From positions 1-24,104 of IMG/VR virus record IMGVR_UViG_3300006120_000094: a stretch of DNA of 24,104 bases. One strand, 5' to 3'. Source of the stretch: a virus (taxonomy: Duplodnaviria; Caudoviricetes). Both the position numbers and the translations under genes were made by a program. The notes under the pieces are model-generated. The model searched no databases. It worked only from the letters and a program-made list of their open reading frames with translations, and was not told the origin of the DNA. This document shows, piece after piece, positions 9,130 through 17,715 of this stretch (position 1 is its first letter; each line of letters starts with the position of its first letter).

Positions 9130-10285
9130 TTGTATATTTTCTATAGTCTGTGCTCATACGCAACCACTGTTCGCCTTTGCCTTCTAATATATCACATATA
9201 CGATCAATAGTTCCATCTGTCCAATTACTAATTTTACCCATATTAGGACTAGGAGTATGTAATAATATATCTAGCTTTTCTTCGGCATTGTCTATTGACC
9301 AAGGAACGTAAAGTCTTGTATGATCATTGGCAAAAGTTTCAGGAAAACTTCTATAAGCAGGGTAGAGAACATTACAGCCCAAAGTATCTGCTTCCGATAC
9401 TGTATTACTGACCCAGTCTTGTAGTGCGCAATTAAACAACACGCGAGTATTGTTAAGAAGATTGTAGTAATCATTTTTTTCCAAATCTTCGTAGATAGTT
9501 AAAATGCCATGTTCTTGAAGATCTCTAGTACGTGCCATATAACTATCATTGTTTGATTTTAGTTTACTACCTGAAAATACAGCAAACTCAATTAACGGAT
9601 TCTTTGCTTTAACACGTTCTGCTAAGTCCATAAAAAAGTCTGGTTGCTTTTCTTGATCCCATCGTGCCGCAAATCCAACGCGAAATGCACGTTCATTAAA
9701 CGGAATTAAATCTCCTACAACACGATCACGCACTTCGTCTTTGCCAAATGCCAATCCACTGATATTATAGATTGGACTTTTCCAACCTGCAATTTTCATA
9801 TGCATTACCATTTCTTCGTTACTTGCCAATACCCCATCTACAAATGAATCTACCATCTTTTCATAGTGCCCCATAAACTCACTCATACCCCATACGTGTA
9901 CAAAGTCGTCTGGATCAATGCTTTGAGCAAGGCAACGAACATATATCCGAGGACGTAATTCTACAGGTACCTGTTTTAAGATATATGGCAATGATTCAAT
10001 CCCTGGTTGAAACATATCTTCGAAGTAAACAACATCTTCGTTAGTAACTTCACCGGCCTTCATTTTGGCAACAAGATTCATTAATTGACTCATGCCAAAA
10101 TATGTACGACCGTGTGCATCTAATACTTGTCCTGTGACAATAGCCTGATCGTTACTTAGTGTTTCACCTGTTACCAATTCATAATTGATACCTCTACGCT
10201 TAAAGACAGTTTCATTCCAGTCTTGTAGTTGTAGAGTATAACGAGCCTTATATGGCTCTAACCCCATATAATATAATTTTTTCAT
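9113..10285 (-). CDS. GT-B fold glycosyltransferase (GT4-like)
   Basis: C-terminal donor-binding motifs GFAARWDQEKQP and LFNCALQDWVSNTVSEA..GC..L.P (acidic-x7-E); length and adjacency to galE fit. Confidence 0.72.
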   Translation of the reverse strand: MKKLYYMGLEPYKARYTLQLQDWNETVFKRRGINYELVTGETLSNDQAIVTGQVLDAHGRTYFGMSQLMNLVAKMKAGEVTNEDVVYFEDMFQPGIESLPYILKQVPVELRPRIYVRCLAQSIDPDDFVHVWGMSEFMGHYEKMVDSFVDGVLASNEEMVMHMKIAGWKSPIYNISGLAFGKDEVRDRVVGDLIPFNERAFRVGFAARWDQEKQPDFFMDLAERVKAKNPLIEFAVFSGSKLKSNNDSYMARTRDLQEHGILTIYEDLEKNDYYNLLNNTRVLFNCALQDWVSNTVSEADTLGCNVLYPAYRSFPETFANDHTRLYVPWSIDNAEEKLDILLHTPSPNMGKISNWTDGTIDRICDILEGKGEQWLRMSTDYRKYTSESKY

Positions 10286-10539
10286 CTACGATAGTTCCTA
10301 TCACTACGAGCTTCAGTTGGCTCCGGGCGGCCTTCTCTTTCTCTACGTGCTTTGCGTTCTAAGTACTCTTGTGTACGCTGGAAATTTTTATACTCTAATG
10401 ATCTATATAGATCAGACGGATTGTAAGGAAGTAGGTTAAATCTACAGTGATCTAACCAAGCATCGAGGTCATTAAAAATTTTGTTTACTTCGGGTTTTAA
10501 ACGAAGAGTTTTCTGAACGTAGACTGGAATATTTGCCAT
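10282..10539 (-). CDS. hypothetical protein (85 aa)
   Basis: Open frame, AAGGA SD, ATGA overlap with the glycosyltransferase start. Confidence 0.75.
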   Translation of the reverse strand: MANIPVYVQKTLRLKPEVNKIFNDLDAWLDHCRFNLLPYNPSDLYRSLEYKNFQRTQEYLERKARREREGRPEPTEARSDRNYRR

Positions 10540-10553
10540 CTGATTTTTATCCT

Positions 10554-10955
10554 TTAGATATTATAATGTAATGATGAAGGGAATTTAATGAAACAGCCGT
10601 TCTCGCCGTCTTCACTAACGTCTACCCAGATCTCGCGACCTGGATATCTTGCGACAATGGTTGCGTGAAGATCACGGCTAATCATTTCGCAGGATTTGTG
10701 GTTAAGCTCTAATGTGCCATCATTGTAACACTTCTCGAGCCAACGCTTAAACTGAATAAATTCAATATCTCGGTCATCGTGGAAGACTTCGATATAAATT
10801 TTAAAATGGAATATGTGACGATGTGGAGTACCTAGGAAACTAACATCGTATTCGTTACCTGTTGCTAGAGCAAGATCTGTGGCTGCCGCAGGATACATAT
10901 GAATACCTTCCTTGCGAAAGGTAACCCAAATCATATTCTTTTCTTTATCACTCAT
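10554..10955 (-). CDS. dpdL: QueD/PTPS-paralogue T-fold protein, DpdL-like
   Basis: EGIH, LGTPHRHIF (LxxxHRHxF instead of QueD CxxxHGH), IEFI.FK, SCEMIS and VSEDGENG; located among deazaguanine genes. The DpdL motif assignment is from recall. Confidence 0.7.
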   Translation of the reverse strand: MSDKEKNMIWVTFRKEGIHMYPAAATDLALATGNEYDVSFLGTPHRHIFHFKIYIEVFHDDRDIEFIQFKRWLEKCYNDGTLELNHKSCEMISRDLHATIVARYPGREIWVDVSEDGENGCFIKFPSSLHYNI

Positions 10956-11155
10956 TGTGTTAGTCCTTGTGCCAATGTTGTAATTTCATCGTCTGTCATA
11001 AAAAACTGATATGTTGAACTTGTTTCAACATTGCCATCTATATCTTTTATTTCTTGAATAAATTCAATAGCATTTAATGTATCTGGATTTGAACATTTCC
11101 AACTTTTAACACGAAGTCTAAAGCCAATATCGTCTTTAACTGTAAATTCGTTCAT
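10952..11155 (-). CDS. hypothetical protein (67 aa)
   Basis: ATGA overlaps at both ends. Confidence 0.7.
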   Translation of the reverse strand: MNEFTVKDDIGFRLRVKSWKCSNPDTLNAIEFIQEIKDIDGNVETSSTYQFFMTDDEITTLAQGLTQ

Positions 11156-11682
11156 TTGCTAATCTCATCTTTAGAATAAGCACTCCAGGGAGTAAACTTA
11201 TTACGATCTTTTAAATCGTGTAGACTATGCGTCCACACACCAGGGTTTGTAGCATCAAAATCTTTGTCGTCAATTTTGAGCATCGTGTTATAGTTCCATA
11301 ATTTGATATATGGAAGTTTAACACTAATTTGTGGAATAAAGTTATTGTACTCATTTAAACTGCCATCGTGAATTTCTTCAACACACAATATTGGAATGTC
11401 TAAACTACACAGGTAATCTTTATCCAAAAAGAACTTGATCATATTTTCCCAACGTGCCCACTCTTCGTAATCACCTTTAGTAGGATTGAAACTCATATTG
11501 GCGCCGAAAAAAATATGTTCAACTGGCGCCTGACCATGAGTTAAACGTTTGGCAATTTCAGATGTGTCTTGCACCCCTACGACAAACATAGTATATTTGC
11601 CAAATGCAGGAGTATGTTCAACCTCGTTACCATAAAAATAAGTAACTTCTGTATGCTCCCCAGTTGTGTAATTTCTTTTCAT
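11152..11682 (-). CDS. hypothetical protein (176 aa) in the modification cluster
   Basis: Open frame with globular composition, directly downstream of the dpdA-like gene and its own promoter. Confidence 0.8.
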   Translation of the reverse strand: MKRNYTTGEHTEVTYFYGNEVEHTPAFGKYTMFVVGVQDTSEIAKRLTHGQAPVEHIFFGANMSFNPTKGDYEEWARWENMIKFFLDKDYLCSLDIPILCVEEIHDGSLNEYNNFIPQISVKLPYIKLWNYNTMLKIDDKDFDATNPGVWTHSLHDLKDRNKFTPWSAYSKDEISK

Positions 11683-11687
11683 AGTTT

Positions 11688-11716
11688 AGTATACTTTATT
11701 CAACTTCACCTGTCAA
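11688..11716 (-). promoter_or_regulatory. sigma70 promoter overlapping the dpdA 3' end
   Basis: TTGACA (11716-11711), 17 nt spacer, TATACT (11693-11688), 5 nt before ATG 11682. Confidence 0.75.
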
Positions 11717-13264
11717 TATATCATGTTCCATTTTTAGTAACATTTCATCGTTAGGATTACTTACGTCAACTTCGTCTACATTGGTAATTTCTTCAACATC
11801 AAATAAATTTCCAAACATATTATCATTTTGTCCATTTGAAGTATTTCGAGCACCAGCCAAACTAATTAGGAATGCTTTAGCAGTTGGATTATCTAACATT
11901 TCCATTGCTTCGTCTAATGTTTTGGTATTAAACAACTCTTCAACAAATCGATCAAAATATAAAATATTTCTTGGAATGAATTCACTGTATTGATCGCTGT
12001 TAATATTTTTGGCATTGAGTTTTTTCCAAGAACGCCAGTCTGGTTTATGTTTAGCTCTCTCGATATCCATTAGTTGATTGGCACGTTGTACAGCGACAAT
12101 GTGTTGATATACATTATGCCCCATATATAGTGCGTAACTGAAACTATCCCAACTAGTTTTGCCTTCTTTTCCGATTTTGTTTAGCATACCTGGAGCATAC
12201 CAACAGATATCTCCCATTGTCAATCTGCGACCAATTTCTGATTCAAAGGGGAATGGGATATCGCTTCCTGACAATGCTTTGTTGTCTGGGGCTTTTTCCA
12301 TAACAACACTGAACTTTTTGGAGGTATGACTTGCGTTTGTGTATGTAAGTCCGTGTGCTGTTGCGACAAACGGTGAGGCGCAGTCAAAAGATATGGTAAT
12401 TTCTTCATTGATATGTTTCCTTAGTTGTCGTTGAATTGAAGTTAGATAACAAGCCCAGTCTAATTGGGCTGTGCCCAAAAAATGTATCCAACTCTTTTCT
12501 TTGATTAATCCTTCTTCACGCATAATCATTAAACGTTTAAGAGTAATATCCATCTTACTCATATTAACACCACCAAATGCCCACCCTTCGAACGCCTGGT
12601 CACCGTATATTTTTGTGTCGTTAAATTCTTTAACACCTTCGTACCAATCCTGTGCACTGAGCCAGTCGCTACCTTGTAGTACGTTTAACCATTTGGTTTT
12701 ACCAAGTCGATTTTTTAGAAAATATTCATTATTATATCTTGTTTTTTCTAAACATTCTTCGGGTGTCTTTAGACCTGTTCTTGGACTATTAATTTTACTA
12801 CAAGCCCAGGTTGGAACGTCAAGAGTCATTGACCAATCAGCAGTTAGTTCTAACCAATTAATAATATCGGTGCGAACCTTATTAGCGGCTTTTCCTTCAA
12901 AGTCTAACCAATCAAATTTAAGAATACCTTTACCAATTTGGTATCCTCCTGAATCACCAAGTATCATTGTATTATTATGATCTCGGCTATGTATCATACT
13001 TTCCTGTACAAGACTTTTTTCTATATCTAATTGTGCGTGACCGGCTGAATACAATGCGTGATTATAATAAAAATATCCTTGTTCGGGATTTAAAAAGTTC
13101 ATACCTTCGATGCCACGATCAAATCCTTTAGGAATACGATCTTTTGGAACAAACTCTCCTAATCTTTGTTTAGCAACATACGTGCTGTAAAAACTTGAGA
13201 TGGCTGGAAGATACACAGCATAGTCTTTTTGTAATGGCGATAAATTAACTGGTGGATTTGTCAT
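11696..13264 (-). CDS. dpdA: TGT-superfamily transglycosylase, DpdA-like (DNA 7-deazaguanine insertion)
   Basis: TGT motifs ILGDSGGYQIG, MTLDVP, NVLQG, GWAFGG, IHFLG, SFDCASP and late GHN; no CxCxxC Zn motif; context of queE and a QueD paralogue. Confidence 0.8.
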   Translation of the reverse strand: MTNPPVNLSPLQKDYAVYLPAISSFYSTYVAKQRLGEFVPKDRIPKGFDRGIEGMNFLNPEQGYFYYNHALYSAGHAQLDIEKSLVQESMIHSRDHNNTMILGDSGGYQIGKGILKFDWLDFEGKAANKVRTDIINWLELTADWSMTLDVPTWACSKINSPRTGLKTPEECLEKTRYNNEYFLKNRLGKTKWLNVLQGSDWLSAQDWYEGVKEFNDTKIYGDQAFEGWAFGGVNMSKMDITLKRLMIMREEGLIKEKSWIHFLGTAQLDWACYLTSIQRQLRKHINEEITISFDCASPFVATAHGLTYTNASHTSKKFSVVMEKAPDNKALSGSDIPFPFESEIGRRLTMGDICWYAPGMLNKIGKEGKTSWDSFSYALYMGHNVYQHIVAVQRANQLMDIERAKHKPDWRSWKKLNAKNINSDQYSEFIPRNILYFDRFVEELFNTKTLDEAMEMLDNPTAKAFLISLAGARNTSNGQNDNMFGNLFDVEEITNVDEVDVSNPNDEMLLKMEHDILTGEVE

Positions 13265-13619
13265 ATTCTTTACTTAATAATATTGTAGCATTTAATTGTT
13301 GTTTTGCCTTTTCTAAATTGTTCAAAGCAATTTGTACAGCAGGATGATCTTTAGCCAATTCTTGGGCTTCTTGTTCGTCAGCCATTTTTTTAATGACCCA
13401 TTGGAAGGAATCTTGGGCTTGTTGCGACATTGATATACTTGCATAGCCTGATGGTATACTCTGCCACGTGTTACCATCATTAACTTGAAAATCCATACCA
13501 TTATATCTAACCTGACCAGCAATACCTTGTTGAACCTTGTTACTATCTATATAGATAAAAGAAGGAGTATTGCCAGTCATTGATATCCACGAATCATTAG
13601 GATAAAGACTTTTGATCAT
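13245..13619 (-). CDS. hypothetical protein (124 aa; start taken at MIKSLYP)
   Basis: ATG 13619 lies 1 nt after the clamp stop; contains GQVRYNGMDFQVNDGNTW and a C-terminal helical segment. Confidence 0.72.
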   Translation of the reverse strand: MIKSLYPNDSWISMTGNTPSFIYIDSNKVQQGIAGQVRYNGMDFQVNDGNTWQSIPSGYASISMSQQAQDSFQWVIKKMADEQEAQELAKDHPAVQIALNNLEKAKQQLNATILLSKEYDKSTS

Positions 13620-13620
13620 T

Positions 13621-14355
13621 TTATGCCTGTGCTGGAACAATATATTTGTAAACTGCTAAACCAGAATCTAAAGTAATTTGTAAAGCACCTGTATCACTAA
13701 AACTCATTGTTGTATTGTTTACATCTGCGGCTTTAAGAATACTTAATACAGCACTAACTGGATATGTCCAACCTTTAGATAATTTTCCGGTAACTCCTGT
13801 CGCAAATACAAATTCTCCACCGTGTGAGCTAACATCTCCGAATGTGAACTTTAGTTGATCGCCATCAGTCTTTGCTAAGAATGTTGTATGCTCTGTGTTA
13901 GCACCTGCTTGGAAACTAAAACGTTGAACAGCATTTAATGCTGGGGTAACTTCAACATCCCATTTGGCTCCGCGGAATTTAACGGTTTTTAATTTTTCTT
14001 CAATAATAGCCTGATTCATAAAACGGTAATCATTTTTAAAATCGCCGTCTTTATTTTCAAAGTGAATACCAACTGGCAATATTTCACCGTTACGATTAGC
14101 AGTGACTACTTCTATCTTAGCATCATCTTGATACTCTTTACCATCTAAAAGATAACGAAGTTTTTCAAGTTGTGGCATACCATATGTACCGATCATTTCG
14201 GGATATGGATCAGCAGTTTCTGCATACATAATAACACTACGGTCGTCTGCCATAGAGTCAATCAATGTTTTATCTTCTGTGCCGGTTACTTTAACAATGT
14301 TTAAGAAGCCCAGTTTATTTGTGTGTGAGACGATGTCTTGTAGAATATCTTTCAT
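13621..14355 (-). CDS. probable DNA polymerase sliding clamp (gp45/PCNA-like)
   Basis: 244 aa, alternating beta/alpha pattern ending in YKYIVPA, immediately downstream of a family B polymerase. Fold inferred, not searched. Confidence 0.65.
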   Translation of the reverse strand: MKDILQDIVSHTNKLGFLNIVKVTGTEDKTLIDSMADDRSVIMYAETADPYPEMIGTYGMPQLEKLRYLLDGKEYQDDAKIEVVTANRNGEILPVGIHFENKDGDFKNDYRFMNQAIIEEKLKTVKFRGAKWDVEVTPALNAVQRFSFQAGANTEHTTFLAKTDGDQLKFTFGDVSSHGGEFVFATGVTGKLSKGWTYPVSAVLSILKAADVNNTTMSFSDTGALQITLDSGLAVYKYIVPAQA

Positions 14356-14373
14356 AATAATTTCCTTTTGTTT

Positions 14374-14402
14374 AGTTTATTTAGATTTGTGGAATAAGTC
14401 AA
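14374..14402 (-). promoter_or_regulatory. sigma70-type promoter with an overlapping TAAATA late-like motif, upstream of the clamp
   Basis: TTGACT (14402-14397), 17 nt spacer, TAAACT (14379-14374); TAAATA at 14383-14378; AAGGA SD downstream. Confidence 0.65.
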
Positions 14403-14410
14403 CAACAATT

Positions 14411-17080
14411 TTATTCAAATGAGAATAATGAACTAAATGTGTTGGTTTGGGTTGTGGAATTTAAATCCCACTCAAGAACACCAATTAGATTTTCTAATTT
14501 GTTGTTGATGATTGTTGCTTCCATTTCTGCGTGATCAAACGGAAGTTCTTGGAACCATTTAGGTAAACGTAATTCGTCAACTGGGTATGCTACACTTGTA
14601 AATCCAAGAGGATTCTCTTTCATTTTACAAACAATTACTTTCATACCATCTACAATCTGTTGACTGTATTTGTCACCATTCATACGTTTCAACGTATTCC
14701 AGTTAATACTGGCTCGAACGTGTCCTGGCATATTGGCTTTACCTTGTTTAACTTCTTTGGCCTGATAGTCTGTAATATTGTTAGCACGTTTCGGACTACC
14801 TTTTTCCCAGCCAGGTCTTGCTTTAAACTCAGTTCTAAATTCACCAATACGATCTAAAATTTCTTCTTCACCGGCACCATTAAGTACCTTGGTAAGAATT
14901 TCTTCTAAGAACTTTTGCATAAATTCAGGAGTATCACTACGTTTTAAATCTAGACCCATAGCTTTGATCTTACCCGGTTTCCCATCTACGTCTTGACGCT
15001 TGCCTTCCTTGTCATAATACAATACAGCATAACGCTTCTTGGTAATGAACAAGCCTTTGATAGCAACAATTTCACGACCTGCCTTAATCACTTCACCACG
15101 CGATTTAGGACAATGAAATGCTTCTTGCATAAAATCTGGAAATGTACTATTAACTTCTGCAGAAATAGTATCATACAATTGAATAACAGTATCTTTATCC
15201 CAATGTATTTCTTTATTTTCTATCTCTGATCTTAACGTACTATATGCACTAAAATATGCTGAATCAGTATCGCCGTATATAATGCTACGACCTATGTGAT
15301 TGTATTCACCAGTAATAACTTCATTTATTTTCCCCGCCATATGGCGAGCAATGCTTCTTCCGGTAAGTGTAGTTGACTGTCCGATACGATTATCAAAAAA
15401 GCGGCACCCAGCGTTAAGAATAGCACCATAAAGACTATTAAGATTGATTTTTTTAACGAGCTGTCGTTTGTCCCAGTATTCTTCTTCAATTTTATTCTCC
15501 GCTTTAATTGCATCTTTTAGTTTAGCCTGCATTTCTTTACGTTCAGCATACCAGCGTTTTAGTAGTCCAGGAATAATACCTTCGCGTTCGTGTGTAAAGA
15601 TAGTTCCATTAGCACTAAGCATCCACGGATTATTACTTTCGTAAATGAGTTCATATATTTGAGCACCGCTCATAATATCTGTTTCGCCATTTTCCCAATC
15701 GATGATAATATCGTGAGCACGATCTTTGCTCATTACATATTCATACTCATTGCTTCCAAATTTACCTTCCCAGGCTGCGGCAAATGAAGATCCTTTTGCC
15801 ATCTTTGCTTCAATTTCTTCTTTTGTATAATCTTGACGCAATTGACCAATAATAGTTTCTGGTCCCATATTCAACGCACGAATCACTGATGGATACAAAC
15901 TGTTCAAGTCCATACTACCAATCCATTCGTGGATACCTTTTTTAGGATACGCAACATACGCACCCGCGGCCTGATTGTTGGCATCTTCGTCTCTATGAGG
16001 CCTACTAGGAACAATCATTCCTCTATGGTGCGCTTCATTTACAATGGCCTGTTCTGTAACAGCAACAGCACCCATTGTTGTTTGTAGCAACACAGTATTC
16101 TCGTGAGCAATACTATTGGCAAGATCTAAAAATTTAAGTTTCTTATCTAATTTGTTTAATAGTGCACAGTCTTGTCTGTTATATTCAATGAACTTTTTAA
16201 AGTCGTTGTTGTAAAGTTGATCAAGGGTACCTTCATACACTGTTTTAGACTCGCCTACCTCCATTTCTCCGATAGCATCCAGTCTATATGTGTGGCGCTC
16301 TTCATAAGTATATTTGCGGTACAGCTCGAGACTGTCCAGATGAACACGACCAACCAAGTCATAAGTAACAGCCGTTTTTCCATATTTTTCATACTCCCGT
16401 TTCTTAGGTAGTTGATCCCACAAACAAAACCTACGTGTGTCTTCTTTGCTTAATACCTTTGTAACTCTATTTACTGTATATGGAATATCAAAGCCTTCCG
16501 AGTTCCAGCCGCTCAATATATCAGCATCCTCGATTAGTGTTAAGAATGTATCTAACATTTCTGATTCATTCTTAAACAACATTGTGTTTGGAAATTCTTT
16601 GACTAACTCCTCGGCATCCTCTATTTTTAAACCTTTGGGAGGAATAGCTAAACAGATTAAGGTATCCATCCATTGTAGGTGAACAGCAATCGCAGTAATT
16701 GGCATAAACGCATCATCTGGTGACGCATACCCACGCTCTGGATCAAAGTCCACCTCAATATCAAAAAATGCTACGTTTAGTTTGGGAGCATCTTTGCCCA
16801 GGTAGTTTTCTTCTAAGCAACGGAACACAGGATTAATATCACTTTCAAATAGTCTGTGACCACTGTGTATTCTTTGTTCTTTGGTGTGTTCTTTCCAAGT
16901 CTTACTAGCTACTTTGCTAAGACTCTCTCCGTGTATGCTACGGAATTTACCCTTTGGATCAGGATAATAAAAAAGATATTTTGCTGGATACGTGTGATAA
17001 ACACGCCCTTGTTTTGGATCTCGCTCGACAACCTGTATGATGTCTTTTTCTCGATCCCACTTGGCATCTACATATGACAT
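14411..17080 (-). CDS. family B DNA polymerase (gp43-like) with 3'-5' exonuclease
   Basis: ExoI FFDIEVD, ExoII GWNSEGFDIPY, ExoIII YNRQDC, motif A SMDLNSLYPS, motif B KKINLNSLYG, motif C YGDTDS, KKRYA, MGLDLKRSD. Confidence 0.96.
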   Translation of the reverse strand: MSYVDAKWDREKDIIQVVERDPKQGRVYHTYPAKYLFYYPDPKGKFRSIHGESLSKVASKTWKEHTKEQRIHSGHRLFESDINPVFRCLEENYLGKDAPKLNVAFFDIEVDFDPERGYASPDDAFMPITAIAVHLQWMDTLICLAIPPKGLKIEDAEELVKEFPNTMLFKNESEMLDTFLTLIEDADILSGWNSEGFDIPYTVNRVTKVLSKEDTRRFCLWDQLPKKREYEKYGKTAVTYDLVGRVHLDSLELYRKYTYEERHTYRLDAIGEMEVGESKTVYEGTLDQLYNNDFKKFIEYNRQDCALLNKLDKKLKFLDLANSIAHENTVLLQTTMGAVAVTEQAIVNEAHHRGMIVPSRPHRDEDANNQAAGAYVAYPKKGIHEWIGSMDLNSLYPSVIRALNMGPETIIGQLRQDYTKEEIEAKMAKGSSFAAAWEGKFGSNEYEYVMSKDRAHDIIIDWENGETDIMSGAQIYELIYESNNPWMLSANGTIFTHEREGIIPGLLKRWYAERKEMQAKLKDAIKAENKIEEEYWDKRQLVKKINLNSLYGAILNAGCRFFDNRIGQSTTLTGRSIARHMAGKINEVITGEYNHIGRSIIYGDTDSAYFSAYSTLRSEIENKEIHWDKDTVIQLYDTISAEVNSTFPDFMQEAFHCPKSRGEVIKAGREIVAIKGLFITKKRYAVLYYDKEGKRQDVDGKPGKIKAMGLDLKRSDTPEFMQKFLEEILTKVLNGAGEEEILDRIGEFRTEFKARPGWEKGSPKRANNITDYQAKEVKQGKANMPGHVRASINWNTLKRMNGDKYSQQIVDGMKVIVCKMKENPLGFTSVAYPVDELRLPKWFQELPFDHAEMEATIINNKLENLIGVLEWDLNSTTQTNTFSSLFSFE

Positions 17081-17089
17081 ATTTTTATT

Positions 17090-17146
17090 CTCCTACCGCT
17101 TATGGCCGGCAACCTTCTTAGGTGATCACTTGTGGCTGATCTTGCC
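17090..17146 (-). promoter_or_regulatory. structured leader of the polymerase gene: twin hairpins with GCCAYAAG loops plus SD
   Basis: GATCA-GCCACAAG-TGATC (17141-17124) and TTGCCG-GCCATAAG-CGGTAG (17112-17093) abutting AGGAG (17094-17090). Confidence 0.6.
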
Positions 17147-17446
17147 TTACGCATTATTATTTATTAGCATTCTTGCTAGCCCTACTGAATCTATAGCCAC
17201 TAGCAAGAAGTAATTGGCCAGCATACCGAATGAGCGTCGACTAAAAGCGCACCCGGCATATATAAGGCAACCTGTAATCCAAATAGGATACATTGTAAGC
17301 AAGGGCGGATTAGGTACAGTAATGGCCATTGTGAGACTACACCCGACACTAATAGCCCACGCAATGACTTCGAGACAAAATCGTATTCGGCTACTTTTGT
17401 AGTCTTCTCGAATCCAACTAAAGATTCCGTATAATATATCGTTCAT
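17147..17446 (-). CDS. small membrane protein with about 3 TM helices
   Basis: Three hydrophobic segments; TAATG overlap with the upstream gene. Confidence 0.75.
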   Translation of the reverse strand: MNDILYGIFSWIREDYKSSRIRFCLEVIAWAISVGCSLTMAITVPNPPLLTMYPIWITGCLIYAGCAFSRRSFGMLANYFLLVAIDSVGLARMLINNNA

Positions 17447-17715
17447 TAATCTTCACGTCTGTTTGCGTGTCCACTAATATCAACAATGGTTTCAAGATCA
17501 TCAAACTCACGGAAAACCTGGTCCCACGTATCTTTTTGTGCAATACGAATTGCTTTTTTAATAACAGATGGTTTAACTTCTAATTCTTCTGCTACTGCTT
17601 TAATTGTTTCATTTAATCCTTCTGTAAGGTCTTGAATTTCCTGCATAACTGTACAGCCCTCTGCAACAATTTGTTTAATCTTGGCCTGTTCTGGTGCACC
17701 AAATGCTTTGCTCAT
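17446..17715 (-). CDS. T4 DsbA-like double-stranded DNA-binding protein (89 aa)
   Basis: Start moved to ATG 17715 (AAGGAG SD 7 nt upstream); helical IKAVAEELEVKPSVIKKAIRIAQKD pattern and length resemble phage DsbA/GapR-like proteins. Confidence 0.62.
   Translation of the reverse strand: MSKAFGAPEQAKIKQIVAEGCTVMQEIQDLTEGLNETIKAVAEELEVKPSVIKKAIRIAQKDTWDQVFREFDDLETIVDISGHANRRED

Noticed and set aside
11696-13264. Canonical tRNA-guanine transglycosylase (tgt)
   Set aside because: Longer, lacks the Zn motif and sits with replication and dpdL-like genes; DNA-acting DpdA is preferred, though tRNA activity is not formally excluded.
13245-13619. Tail-fibre-like motif GQVRYN...DG..W in the 124 aa protein
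   Set aside because: Too short to assign a structural role, and the context is replication and modification.
14411-17080. Intein, intron or split in the polymerase
   Set aside because: Continuous 889 aa frame with all motifs in order and no splice-junction signatures.
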